DNA from: Octopus vulgaris
Lineage: Eukaryota
Assembly: GCA_951406725.2 (NCBI GenBank)
Contig: OX597818.1
Span: 131,068,001 to 131,132,000 of the forward strand
DNA: 64,000 bases
Direction of reading: 5' to 3'
The notes beneath the pieces were generated by a model. That model was not told the DNA's origin. It made no database searches and saw only the letters and a program-made list of their open reading frames with translations. Both the position numbers and the translations under genes were made by a program. Shown in pieces: positions 1 through 16,744 of this stretch. Every line of letters starts with the position of its first letter. Position 1 is the first letter of the stretch.

Positions 1-149
1 ACACTCAAGACTCTTCTATTCATGTGAAACCTCAATTAGATGTGTATGAAAACTATAAATTTAAATCCACTTAACTGCGGATTTCAATATATTCTGAATG
101 GAAAGGGATATTCTTATATTTTACGGCAAACAATGCTCTGTTCTTTTTC

Positions 150-4717
<4,568 letters not shown>

Positions 4718-5379
4718 CTTACTGATAAATTAGATCATCCTGCTGTTAGTTCATTTTCATCTTAAAATGGTGTGTGGGTGTGTGTGTGTGTGGGTGTGTG
4801 TGTGTGTGCATGCACGTGTGCTTGTATGTATGTATGTATGTATCTGCAAGAAACATCAGCCATCTAGCAGAAAGAAGGCAGTTTAATGAGTTTAATGTGA
4901 CACAGAATTTAAGAATCAATTATTCTCAATGAGATATTCAAAATGTCTGAAATTTCTACCAAGAAAGCTGTGTGGAATAATAAGGCTATACAATTTTCAA
5001 TACAAATTCTGCCATCTTTTGTTTTTTGCTTCACTTGGACACTTATATATTCACATGCAAACATGTGCAACTGTCCTCATTATAAAGACTCTTTCTGAAT
5101 GTACTTAGAATATGTTTACATTCTTAGTCCATTCACAGGGTGGCTTTGCATTATTTAAATGTACTTTAGTTCATCTGAATTATGCAGTATTGTATATAGT
5201 ATATTGTATATTGTATAGGCGCAGGAGTGGCTGTGTGGTAAGTTGCTTGTTTACCAACCACATCGTTCCGGGTTCAGTCCCACTGCGTGGTATCTTAGGC
5301 AAGTGTCTTCTACTATAGCCTCGGGCCGACCAAAGCCTTGTGAGTGGATTTGGTAGACGGAAACTGAAAGAAGCCCGTC

Positions 5380-5416
<37 letters not shown>

Positions 5417-5418
<2 letters not shown>

Positions 5419-5705
5419 TAAACAGTAAAAATAATTACAGACATGGACAAGAACATGAAACGCCACAGAGACGACACAAGAACCACAGGACGGGACATTC
5501 GAAGCCCTCAGTCATCAGTCAAGAACCAGATCATCTTAGCAATTTCGGCTGATTAATCTTGAGATTGCTCCGATATGGCCAGCCCGCCACGGGAAATCTA
5601 AGCCAAGTGCATTAGATCCCCTGGAAGAAAGCTTCGAATGTATACAACACGAGGACGGAAAACGAACGAAGTACACGAACAAAAATACAGAATACGTGAC
5701 AACAA
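5417..5705 (-). mobile_element. Short non-coding element inserted in (TA)n, carrying a permuted hammerhead-like fold
   Basis: Flanked by (TA)n on both sides inside SINE A, absent from other SINE A copies; homologous fragment at 6923-7046 on the + strand. Confidence 0.75.
5495..5641 (-). ncRNA. Candidate non-circularly permuted hammerhead ribozyme (AUC site; predicted cut after the minus-strand C at 5563)
   Basis: Minus strand: GGCUGG..AGCAA-UC-UCAAGA-uuaa-UCAGCC-GAAA-UUGCU..UCUUGA-CUGAUGA; stems I, II and III are 6 bp each; 11-bp closing stem ACAUUCGAAGC/GCUUCGAAUGU. Confidence 0.6.
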
Positions 5706-5962
5706 TATATATATATGTGTGTGTGTGTATGTTTGTGTGTCTGTGTTTGTCCCCCTAGCATTGCTTGACAACCGATGCTGGTGTGTTTATGTCCCCGTTA
5801 CTTAGCGGTTCGGCAAAAGAGACCGATAGAATAAGTACTGGGCTTACAAAAGAATAAGTCCCAGGGTCGAGTTGCTCGATTAAAGGCGGTGCTCCAGCAT
5901 GGCCGCAGTCAAATGACTGAAACAAGTAAAAGAGTAAAAAAGAGTAAAGAGTATATAAATAC

Positions 5963-6345
5963 AGGTGTGTCTATATGGTAAGAAGCTTGCTTCCCAACTA
6001 GATGGATCAAGTTTCAGTTCCTTTGCATGGCACCTTCAGCAAGTGTCTTCTACTATAGCCTTGGGCTGATCAAAACCTTGGCAGTGGATTTGGTAGAAGG
6101 AAACTGAAAGAAGCCCATTGTGTGTGTCTGTGTTTGTCTTTGTGCCTGTGTCTGTGTCTGTCTACCAACCACTGCTTGAAAACTGATGTTGCTGTGTTGA
6201 TGTCCCTGTAACTTAGCAGTTCGGCAAAGAGATCAATAGAATAAGTACCAGGCTTAACAAAATCAAGTACTGGGGTCAATTTATTTGACTGAAAATTCTA
6301 AAAGGTGGTGGCCCAGCATGGCCACAATCTAATAACTGAAACAGA
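5963..6345 (+). mobile_element. Diverged SINE family A copy
   Basis: Colinear similarity to 13991-14390 including head, GTGGATTTGGTAGA and CCAGCATGGCCACA tail. Confidence 0.8.
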
Positions 6346-6377
6346 TATGTTATAATAGATAAAAGAGGAACTGTTAT

Positions 6378-6612
6378 AATAATAATATAATAATAATGAT
6401 ATTATTGTATACAGTGCTCAGGTGCACCACAACTTGTCAGAAAGTGCATATAAAGTACATGCAGTAATGTAGAAATGTCTGGAAAGCGAACAATGTATGA
6501 GTCAGATACATGCTTGTGTGTGTATGAAGGGGAGAAAATCAAGTGTAGTGTTGGCGAATCTCAGGAAGCATGGAAGTTTTGAAGGATGCAGTGCTCCGAC
6601 AACTAACAACTG
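6378..6612 (-). mobile_element. 3' end of a CR1/L2-like LINE (5'-truncated)
   Basis: Minus strand reads VVSCRSTASFKTSMLPEIRQHYT* then a UTR ending TTGTGGTGCACCTGAGCACTGTATACA(ATT)n; the same tail recurs at 61428-61480. Confidence 0.55.
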
Positions 6613-6922
6613 CAATAAGGTAGCCAGGTGTCACATAAGCATCCTAGGAATTAGTAATTACACTTGCGCGAAAGTTAATTCCAGGGAGAAGTGAGACGTA
6701 TTTTGGGGAACATAAGAATAATGGAAGATGGAGACAAATGCTCAAGATGTTATTTAAATCATTTATATTACCATATCACCGACATTTGATAGATGCATAA
6801 AAATAAATCAGAGAAGAAGACTAATGTTGAAAAATGCATCAATCTCATCAGGGAGGATATAAACAACAGTGTTCATCAAACAGTTGTTTTAATAGATGTA
6901 AGAAACTACATATATATATATA

Positions 6923-7046
6923 TCAGCCGAAATTGCGAGGATGATCCGGTTCTTGACTGAAGATTGAAGGCTTTGAATGTCCCGGCTGTGTTTTTTGTAT
7001 CGTCTTCTAAATGTTCTGCGTTCTTGTCCCACTTTGTATTTTTTTA
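6923..7046 (+). mobile_element. 5'-truncated copy of the hammerhead-bearing TA-inserted element
   Basis: TCAGCC-GAAA-TTGC...TCTTGA-CTGAAGA...GGCTTTGAATGTCCCG aligns to the reverse complement of about 5430-5553; flanked by (TA)n. Confidence 0.75.
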
Positions 7047-7482
7047 CATATATATATATATGCATATGTATGTGTGTATATTGCATCTATGCATGTATTC
7101 ATGGGTATGCATGTGTGGGCATATATGCATATGTATGTATATGTTTGTATATGTATGTGTATGCATGCATGCATGTGTGTGTATATTCATGTATATGTAT
7201 GTGTTGTGTATGTGCGTATACATATATGCATGCATGCATATGAATTTAGATACACAAGTACGCAGTCCTATATAATAATGCACTCACACACATATAGGTA
7301 CGTGTGTGCGTGCATATATCAATATACTCTTCTTGTTTTCTTTCTCTCTGATTCCTCTACCTACACTATCACATCAGCCAGTAGAATAAACACATAAGTC
7401 TATTTATCGAAACTTGACCATTCTTAGTATTCTTCCCTTCCGCTTTGTGGTTTACTACTCACTTAAAAAACCCTCCTATACC

Positions 7483-7709
7483 TATTTCTTTACTACCCAC
7501 AAGGGGCTAAACACAGAGAGGACAAACAAGGACGGACAAAAGGATTAAGTCGATTATATCGACCCCAGTGCGTAACTGGTACTTATTTAATCAACCCCCA
7601 AAAGGATGAAAGGCAAAGTCGACCTCAGTAGAATTCGAACTCAGAATGTAGCGGCAGATGAAATACCGCTAAGCATTTCGCCCGGCGCACTAACATTTCC
7701 GCCAGCTCA
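7483..7709 (-). mobile_element. tRNA-derived SINE family B with 12-bp TSD
   Basis: Reverse complement of the family B consensus; TSD CCCTCCTATACC at 7471-7482 and 7710-7721. Confidence 0.9.
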
Positions 7710-8059
7710 CCCTCCTATACCATTTTCTATATTCATCCCTTAATGCCATATCACCCCAACTCACACAGCTCACACATATTCATTACTTACATTCTTATCT
7801 CTTCCTGCCCCTCCCATCCCCCCTCATAATATCATGATTACCAACTAATACTACTTTTTCTAGTTTCTTATACTTTTTCACTTTCTCCTCTTTTCATTTT
7901 TCTTTCCTTCTTCTTTTCTCACCTATCGCTAAATGTTGAGTAATGGATAGAAGTTCTTTTAGATAACTCTAACGACGTGCTTCCAATGTAAAATCGTACT
8001 TTATTACGAGTACTGACTATACACTGGTATATAGAATTTTTAATTTTAGATTTACTTGA

Positions 8060-8320
8060 CATAAACTTAATAAATGTAACAGTACTGGACTTAGTAAATT
8101 AATTTGGGATCTAAAAGACCACAATGAACAATTTAATTTAGAATGGCTGATTCTCTCAATCTCGATATCTTATGACAAAGGCAAGGGATTCTGTCTTCTC
8201 TGTAATTCTGAACTATTTTTCATTATTTTTTCTTAAAATCCCTTAGTAAACACAGTTATAGAGCGTGCATACCGATGTAAACATTGGCAAAAACACACCT
8301 TTAGTTCATATAAGGAATCT
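8060..8320 (+). pseudogene. Penelope-like element endonuclease C-terminal relic
   Basis: Translates HKLNKCNSTGLSKLIWDLKDHNEQFNLEWLIL...YDKGKGFCLLCNSELFFIIFS*...RCKHWQKH, matching the STxLSKxIWxLK..W.IL..CxLC..E..CRH pattern that ends Penelope-like GIY-YIG ORFs. Confidence 0.7.
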
Positions 8321-8873
8321 CTATCATTATATATAATTTAAACATTAATTTTCTTTTATATTTAACATTCACTAAAAATATCCCTCCTCTTTCTATAGGC
8401 TACTTCTGATGTTATATCACATAACGTTTTTTCAAACAATATTAATAGCGTTCAGTAAATCACTATACATATCCATCATTTTCTGTTAAAATGTCTTATT
8501 GATGAGCTTTATTTCTTCACTTCCTTGAAGAGAAGGTGACATTGTTTTACACCATTTATTCTTTTGGAATAATATCAATGAAATCTTTGAAATATGTGTC
8601 AGAAGTAAAAGTATTTGAATTATATCTGCGTTAAACTCCATTTATTTATTTATATATTATACAAAAAATTCCACATAAACTCAAAGTTTCTACCTTTAAA
8701 AACAAGGAGTTACAACCTCTTTACTTGTGTGATTTTTTGGTACCCTGGTAACTATTTATCTATTTTTTCTGTGTTAATTGTTAACAAAGGAAAAATACAC
8801 TCATCTATTTATATATTATTATATTATCCAATGTGCCATTCTTTATTTAAGGTCTAGGATGTGATTTGAGAGG

Positions 8874-8907
<34 letters not shown>

Positions 8908-9804
8908 TTTAGCTCTTATTTCTATTAGTTATTGCTCAGTGTGTTTGAAACTGGTATTTAGTCCTAGATTAGTTCTGAAGAAGGCCGCTTATTAAATGAC
9001 ATTCTTACCATGACTATGAAGTCATTTTCTAATTTTGCGACATGTTATATTTAAGCAACACAATATCCACTGTCTCCATCTTTTCTAAGATCCTAAAATG
9101 TGATTTGCAGATTTAGCAACTATTTCTAGGAAAGTAAGCAGCCATGTAGAGGTTTCGTCACTGGCTCATTTCATCTAAAGTAAATCAGCTTGATGGGGGT
9201 CATTATCCTCCATTCTTTGTACAGAAGAATTAAATTAGTATAGAAATTTAATTAAATACATGTCAGTTTTGTAGGATCCCTGCTGTTTCTATCATTAAAC
9301 TATTCCTTTTCTGTGCTACCTATTAATATCTACGTGAAAAGATCCACTCCAGTGTTAGATATCTTGGTCATATCTTGGTCATTACTCATACTGTCATACT
9401 GGTGGTAGTTTAAAGCTTTTATAAACTGTCAACCTTTTTGGCTGTTCTGTCGGATATATTATAGCTAAATGCAAGCATACTAAATTGTGAAACCCAAAAG
9501 CAGTTTTTAAATGAACTGAAATTATATTCGTAATGAAAAGAAATATCATTTCTATAAAATGGAATTCATCTCAAAACAAGCAATAGTTAAATGGAAACAT
9601 GCAGTGTCCATGTAAGTCTTTTGTGATCTGTAATAGTAATCTTTGCATATGGAATGATTTTTGGTTGTTATAGTGAAGAATAACAGACATGCTTTAGTTT
9701 TATTTAGAACTTCTCAGCCCAGCCAAGAACGTAGCCTTCATAGTCAGGACAAGGCTACCCTAAACAACACAAAGCTCCCAGCCTACACAATAACTTAAAG
9801 CTTA

Positions 9805-10027
9805 AAGGCGGCGAGCTGGCAGAAACGTTAGCATGCCGGGCGAAATGCGTAGCCATATTTCATCTGTTGTTATGTTCCGAGTTCAAATTCCACCGCGGTC
9901 GACTTTGCCTTTCATCCTCTCGGGGTCGATAAATTAAGTACCAGTTATGCACTGGGGTCGATATAATCAACTTAATCCCTTTGTTTGTCCCCTCTGTGTT
10001 TAGCCCCTTGTGGGTAGTAAAGAAATA
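9805..10027 (+). mobile_element. SINE family B with 16-bp TSD
   Basis: GGCGGCGAGCTGGCAGAAACGTTAG head, B-box GAGTTCAAATTCC, CCTTTCATCCTYTCGGGGTCGATAAATTAAGTACCAG central domain; TSD AATAACTTAAAGCTTA at 9789-9804 and 10028-10043. Confidence 0.92.
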
Positions 10028-10109
10028 AATAACTTAAAGCTTACATAGTTTTTGAATGAAAATAATTCCACTGATTTATAATAATGAAATTGAAAAATTT
10101 TCTGAGGAT

Positions 10110-10262
10110 GCCTACACTGCTGGGTGATTGGTGTTAGGAAGGTCATCCAGCCATAAAAACCATGCCAAAACAGACACAGAAGTATGATGCAACCTTCTGC
10201 CTGGCCAGCTCCTGTCAAACTGTCCAACCCATGCCAGCATGGAAGGCAGACTTTAAACAATG
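10110..10262 (+). mobile_element. Family C (RTE-type tail) fragment
   Basis: TTGGTGTTAGGAAGGTCATCCAGCC...GTCCAACCCATGCCAGCATGGAA shared with 33638-33935. Confidence 0.75.
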
Positions 10263-11314
10263 TTAGCTTGCACTTAACTACATATTCTTCCCTGATAAGG
10301 ACAAGGAAAATAAAAAAATCTCCTTGTCGTACACTTGAAATGCAACTCTCTAACATACAGAAACAATAGATTCTATAGTTTTCTTAAATATAGAAATGAA
10401 GGATTTGTTTTAACAAGATTTATAAGAAAATTGGTGGGCTTTACAATATTTCTTTTACTTAGGTTTATATTAATTTTTTTTTAAATTCTTATTTTGTTTG
10501 CGGTAGGCAAGATATTTGAATGGGTTTGCAAGAAGAGCAGTGGTGTAGAAAGAGCTTCCATATGATCATTATTAGCTGAAATGTCATAAATGTATATTTA
10601 CCGTTTAGAAACTAAGAAGTGAAAAATGAAAAATATAACCAAAATTACCAGAAAATATAAATATGAAAATATAAATTGAAATCATTTGAAGAATGAAGAG
10701 AAAATTAAAAGATGGTTTCCACTCCATACTACATTGTATATGTATGAGTGCATATATATACACATACATGCATATATATATACATGCACACACACACATA
10801 TACACTTATATACATATGTATTTCTCTCCCTGTCTCCCCATATATATATATATACATATATACATACACATACATTCATACATATAAAAACATATTATAT
10901 TTATATATATTATTGTTCTTTTCTCAACTCAATATGGAAAGTGACAGAGGTTCAGTCAAGTGGAAGTGGTTATATAATTTAAGAAAAGAAACCTTATAAA
11001 GAAATATCAAATGTGTCTCTCTGTCTGTTACCATGTCTGTCTGGATGGATGGTCGGTAAAAAAATTCATGGATTAAATATAAATATACAAATATATGTGC
11101 ATGTGTGTATTTGCATTTATATGTACACACATACAAACACACACACATCTGTATTATATACACACATGCATACATACAAATCTGCATATATACATACTCT
11201 AAAGGCATAATAATTTTCTGCTCAGACTGTATCTACTTTTGATAGACTTTCAATGGGACAACTCCCATTATAAAGCTGAACACATTATGCTTCAGTTCTT
11301 TTCTGCTTATTATA

Positions 11315-12252
11315 TTGGGTCATCCCATAAATAATGCGGGTTTTTCAATAGCATGTACTAAAAGTCGCAGGGGTATGGGATAAGCTACTTGTACCAACTT
11401 ACTATAAAAGCAGGTAGTAGTTTTAGTGCGGGTTTTTTGAAGGGTGCAGTTCGATTTTAACAGTTATTTTTTTCAAAGCTGTAATGGAAGTGACAAAAGA
11501 GCAAAGGCAACAATGCAACGTAAGAGGCGAGGAATATTAATGCAGTATATGGGGATCGGACAATAAGCATAAGTCAGTGTCAAGAGTGGTTCCAGAAATT
11601 CCAAGCCGGAAACTATAGTGTGCCATTGGAAAAGTCAGCAAATTGGGTCAATATGTTCCTCATAAACTTTTCAAGTCTAACTACATGCAGAGAGTGAATG
11701 TGTGCTCTTCTTTGCTGTCACATCTCACAAATGAACCTTTTTTGGATCGAATTGTGACTGGTGATGAGAAATAGGCTCTCTATAAAAATGTCAAGAGCTG
11801 GAGACAATCTGTAGGGAAAGGTTTAGTCCACTTTGAACTTTTAAATCCAAACCAAATGATAACAAAGGAGATGTGCTGTGAGCAGCTTAAGTGGCTTAAG
11901 TGAGCACTAGAAGAAAAACAACCATCTTTGGTTTCAAGACGAAAGGTGTTCTTCCATCAGGATAATGCTTGACCACATACAGTAACGATGATATTTGAAA
12001 AGCTGGAGTAGTTTGTATGGGGAACAATGCCCCACTCACCATATCCACTGGACATTGCCCCATTTGATTATTATTTATTCTGCCGTTTTCAAAATCATCT
12101 GAATGGTAAAAATATGAATTCTGTAGACAAGATCAAAACAGTACTGGGGGAGTATTTTTCATCATGGACAAGTGAATTTTAGAAGTGAGGCCTTGCAATT
12201 CGACCAGATAGATGGAAGAGCATTGTAGAAAATGAAGGAGAGTATATTTTAG
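11315..12252 (+). pseudogene. Decayed mariner transposon (DD34D-type transposase pseudogene, internal deletions)
   Basis: TA + TTGGGTCATCCCATAAATAATGCGG left end; motifs INAVYGDRT..CQEWFQKF, YVPHKL (WVPHEL-like), IVTGDEK, HQDNA*PH, PHSPYPLDIAPFDYYLF, RWKSIVENEGEYI; several stops; right TIR not seen. Confidence 0.9.
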
Positions 12253-12358
12253 CATTTTCTACTTTGTCTTATTTTCCTTATATATATATATACAAGCATA
12301 TGATGGTTGTATTTAAGATGACAGTTTTGAAAAGTATAATACAAGTAATTTTTGACTG

Positions 12359-13227
12359 GTGATTAAAAAGAACACTGCCATTTCCACAGATATATATTAT
12401 AAACACACAGATATACACCAATACCTGAATTTTAAATTGTGCCATCCACCTCATACAAAACGTAACATCCCATACTGCTTAGCCAGAAGAATCTGTACCA
12501 TTGTAGAGGATCTAAAGACCAGAAATCAGCGCATGATGGAACTGAAAGAATTTCTACTCAAACAAAAATACCCGTCCCTACTTATAGAAAATGGTATTCG
12601 GCCGGCTTTGAAAATACCCATATAACAACTGAGGACATCACAAAGAAGAGAAAAACAAGAACAAATTATACCATTTATAGTGACGCACAATCCATGCCAC
12701 CAGAACATCTTCAATATCACTAAAGAAAACCTACCAATCATTGCACAAAGTAAGGACTTGAGAAATATCATTACAGATCAAACTTTAACTCTCAAGCAAA
12801 GGCAAGGTTTGACCTTAGCAACAAAGATCAACCATTCACTGTATCTAAATGCAATGATAGCTGATGCGGTACATGCCAATTATTTCATACTGGCCCATAT
12901 ATGAATACAAAAACAGGGAAAATATTCACAAACGCGAACGTGAACTGCAAAAGCAGAAATTTAATCTACTGCATCAAATGCCCAAATTGTGAAGAACTGT
13001 ATGTTGGCCATGCAGGTAATGCACTTTCAGAGTGCTCGCCTGTGCATCAACAACAAATTAAAAACCCAGAAGTCCGCCAAATACCACTGAGTAACCATCT
13101 GGCAACATGTGGGCGGAAAACTTTTATGATATTCCCATTTCATAAACTTTACAACCTGAATGAAATTGAGAGAAAACTGAGAGAAAGGGACTTTATTAAG
13201 AAATTCAAACCCAAGCTTAACAAATAA
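12359..13227 (+). pseudogene. Penelope-like retroelement relic: RT thumb, Cys-rich linker and GIY-YIG endonuclease
   Basis: TDIYYKHTDIHQYLNFKLCHPPHTKRNIPYCLARRICTI; KCNDS*CGTC linker; CKSRNLIYCIKCPNCEELYVG...RERDFIKKFKPKLN; stops and frameshifts. Confidence 0.9.
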
Positions 13228-13451
13228 TGATTAAATTAATCTTATTTGGGGTCTAAAAATCTTATCCCTATAATCAAAACAAAAAATCTCTAAAAAGTAC
13301 TGCTGTCATCATTTCTAAAAATAAACATTGAAAAATGGTTTGGCATCATTTCTAAAAATAGCCAAGCAACTACTACTGCTGCCCACGGAAACATGTATAA
13401 AGGACAAAAGACAGCCAGTCAACCACAGTTGAAACATTCCTGTCACAACCT

Positions 13452-13495
13452 GGGACCTTGAAGACTGCTTTAATGCAAGAAAGTATACTAGTCCC
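13452..13495 (+). ncRNA. Degenerate minimal type-I hammerhead ribozyme in the Penelope-like 3' region
   Basis: GGGAC-c-UUGAAGA-cUGC..GCAa-GAAA-GUAUAC-UA-GUCCC; palindromic stem III (AGUAUACU); core carries mismatches. Confidence 0.55.
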
Positions 13496-13660
13496 TTAAT
13501 ATTTTATATACACTATTTCATCTATTCAATAAGACAATCAATACTTCATTTCATTTTACTTTATATATTATTTATACTATATATTCTATATTCTATATTA
13601 ATATTATAAAGAATATAAATAAAACATAAAAAACAGACAGAGCTGGAATTTCTTTGAATA

Positions 13661-13691
<31 letters not shown>

Positions 13692-13990
13692 GACACCTTT
13701 ATATTTTATCTTCTATTTATTTCAGTCATTGGATTGTGGCCTTGGTGAGACACTGCCCTGAAGTGCTTAGTTCAACAAATTGAGCACAGGACTTATTTTT
13801 AAGTCTAGTCTCTTTTGCTGAACTGCTAAGTCATGGGGATGTTCCTCCATCGCTTGACAATTGATGTTGGCTTGTTAACATCCCTGTAGCTTTGCAGTTC
13901 AGCAAAGCTGACTGATAGAATAAGTGTCAGACTTAAGAATAAGTACTGGATTCAGTTGGCTGAAAGAAGAAAAAGAAAGAAAGAAAGATA

Positions 13991-14390
13991 GGCGCAGGAG
14001 TGGCTGTTTGGTAAGTAGCTTGCTAACCAACCACATGGTTCCGGGTTCAGTCCCACTGCGTGGCATCTTGGGCAAGTGTCTTCTGCTATAGCCCTGGACC
14101 GACCAATGCCTTGTGAGTGGATTTGGTAGACGGAAACTGAAAGAAGCCTGTCGTATAAATGTATATATATGCGTGTGTGTGTTTGTGTGTCTGTGTTTGT
14201 CCCCCTAGCATTGCTTGACAACCGATGCTGGTGTGTTTACGTCGCCGTCACTTAGCGGTTCGGCAAAAGAGACTGATAGAATAAGTACTGGGCTTACAAA
14301 GAATAAGTCCCGGGGTCGATTTGCTCGACTAAAGGCGGTGCTCCAGCATGGTCGCAGTCAAATGACTGAAACAAGTAAAAGAGTAAAGAG
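13991..14390 (+). mobile_element. Full-length SINE family A
   Basis: Complete head, central microsatellite and tail; preceded by older family A fragments (about 13700-13955), followed by (GATA)n. Confidence 0.92.
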
Positions 14391-14412
14391 AGATTAATAG
14401 ATAGATAGATAA

Positions 14413-14477
<65 letters not shown>

Positions 14478-15019
14478 AAGAAAGCAATTTATGAATGGGA
14501 ATTAAGAAAGTTTCTCTCCAAACAGAAAAAAAAAAAAATGAACTTAAATCAACAAAAATGGGATTCAGCTTGGAATCGAAAACTGCAACGCAACTTTAGC
14601 TCACTTCAAACTAACCTCTTGCTAATTGATGCTTAATACAATACAATATCAAATATAAATGGGGGGGAAATGGTAATTCAAAAATTATGTTTTATTTTTC
14701 CTTTTTAAATAATACTGAAATTTCAAAATATTAATTCATAATATAAATAACAGCAATGACACTTCTTTTATCTGTCTGATTGCTGCTTGTTAGATTGCTT
14801 TGTTTTATATTGTTTTATATTATTATTTTTATTATTATTATTGTTGTTGTTGTTGTTGTTGTTGTTATTGATATTATCTGGTCTTGCATTATGTATATGT
14901 TGTTAAGATATTAGAATATGAAAAATCTACAGAGAAAAAGAGAGAGAGAGGAAGAAGTTGGGGGTGGAGGAAAGAAATGGAGATCGAATAGCTTTTAAAG
15001 AAAACATCAAAAACAACAT

Positions 15020-15070
<51 letters not shown>

Positions 15071-15199
15071 GCCATTAATTTCATCTCAGCTTTAGTTATG
15101 TATGTTTTGTCAAGTTTAAGTGAAAAGAATCTGAAAAATAGTATAGGCTTTGACTTACATATATACATAATTATACATACTTTCATACAAACATAAACA

Positions 15200-15273
15200 C
15201 ACACATATATATTTATATATACGCACACACACACACACATATATATATATGTATATATATACACATGCACTGG

Positions 15274-15309
<36 letters not shown>

Positions 15310-15398
15310 CACACATGCACTGTGTGTATACACACCAACATACATACATATTTACACCACATACACATATAAACCTTCACATGTACACACAAACATAT

Positions 15399-15431
<33 letters not shown>

Positions 15432-15565
15432 CACATATGCACTGGCACACATATACACACACCAACATACATACATATTTACACATACACATATAAACCA
15501 TCACATGCACACACAAACATATACAATAAATACACATACACATACATACATATACACACACAGAC
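15200..15565. repeat. CA-rich degenerate tandem repeat (unit about 120-170 bp)
   Basis: CACACCAACATACATACATATTTACAC and ATGCACTGGCACAC each recur. Confidence 0.7.
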
Positions 15566-15629
15566 AATATGTGTTTAGCAATATAAAACAGAAATCAAAC
15601 TATTACACATCAAAACATTCATACCGTTC

Positions 15630-16420
15630 CATCATCATTACCACCACTGCCACTGATACCACCATCATCACGGTAGTTCATACTAGCACCATCACACTGT
15701 CTCTGTCATTACTATCACCGCTGTCATCACTACAACCATCATCATTATTATTATTATTATTGCAGCATCCTCACCTCTTTCTCTTAGTGACGGTGCTATT
15801 GTCTTGGTAGCACCATCGCCATCTACAACCACTGTGCAGTAATTGCCTATCATCATCATTGCAACCACCACCACAATAAAAACAACTACCACCACCACCA
15901 CCATCATCACCACCACAAAAACAACACTAACATCAATAGCAACAACAACAAACACCACTACCACCACCACAACAACAAACACCACTACCACCACCACAAC
16001 AACAAACACCACCACTGCAACCGCCACTACACAACTACCATCACCACTACCACTACCAACACCATAACAACAACCATCATCACTACAACTACCACGATCA
16101 ACACAACCACCATCACAATGGCAACCACCATCAAGCCACCCACCACTACCACCGCCACTACCTTTACCATCCTACAACTACTATTATCACCATCATAACC
16201 ATACACCACTACCAATATCACAAACACACCATCATCATCATCATCACCATAACTATCATTACAATCAACACCACCACAACACTATCAACTTCATCGTTAT
16301 CACGCTATCACCACCACTATCATCACGATCATCACCATCACCACAATCAATCACAGCAACCACCGACACCATGGCAACAACCAATAACCACTGCACCTTC
16401 AGAAACACCACCACAATTAT
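15630..16420. repeat. Degenerate (CAC/CAA/CAT)n trinucleotide field
   Basis: Direct inspection; gives poly-T and poly-V pseudo-ORFs. Confidence 0.9.
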
Positions 16421-16669
16421 CACAGCAAACCGCATCCGCCCCCTCCTCCTCTCCTGCCACATATACCATAACTTTTGACAGCGAACAGAGAGAATTTATA
16501 AAGTGAAACCTCAAGCAATTAAACATTAATTGTCATACTTCTTCATCTCCAATAAGAACAAGAACAACTTCCATATTAAATATGTTGAGACATAATGAAG
16601 ATTAAAGAGTGTAACCAGTGTTCTTTACGACAATGGTTTTTGCATGGAACTTCCATACATAGCACTACA

Positions 16670-16709
16670 TAAACACATACACACACAAATATACAAAGAT
16701 ACATACTGC

Positions 16710-16744
<35 letters not shown>

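Larger units (their letters stand above)
5218..5952 (+). mobile_element. tRNA-derived SINE family A, interrupted in its central (TA)n by a 290-bp insert
   Basis: Head GGCGCAGGAGTGGCTGTGTGG with B-box-like GGTTCAGTCC; tail ...CCAGCATGGCCGCAGTCAAATGACTGAAAC(AAGAGTAA)n; near-identical to the copies at 13991, 47801, 51135, 52501. Confidence 0.9.

Noticed and set aside
8400-8610. Possible split hammerhead after the Penelope relic (TACTTCTGATG ... GAAATATGTGTCAGAAGTA)
   Set aside because: Core incomplete (no GA at positions 8-9), stem I register ambiguous, no convincing stem II
15692-16462. Thr-rich mucin-like ORF
   Set aside because: Degenerate trinucleotide repeat with stops, no splice or signal-peptide evidence
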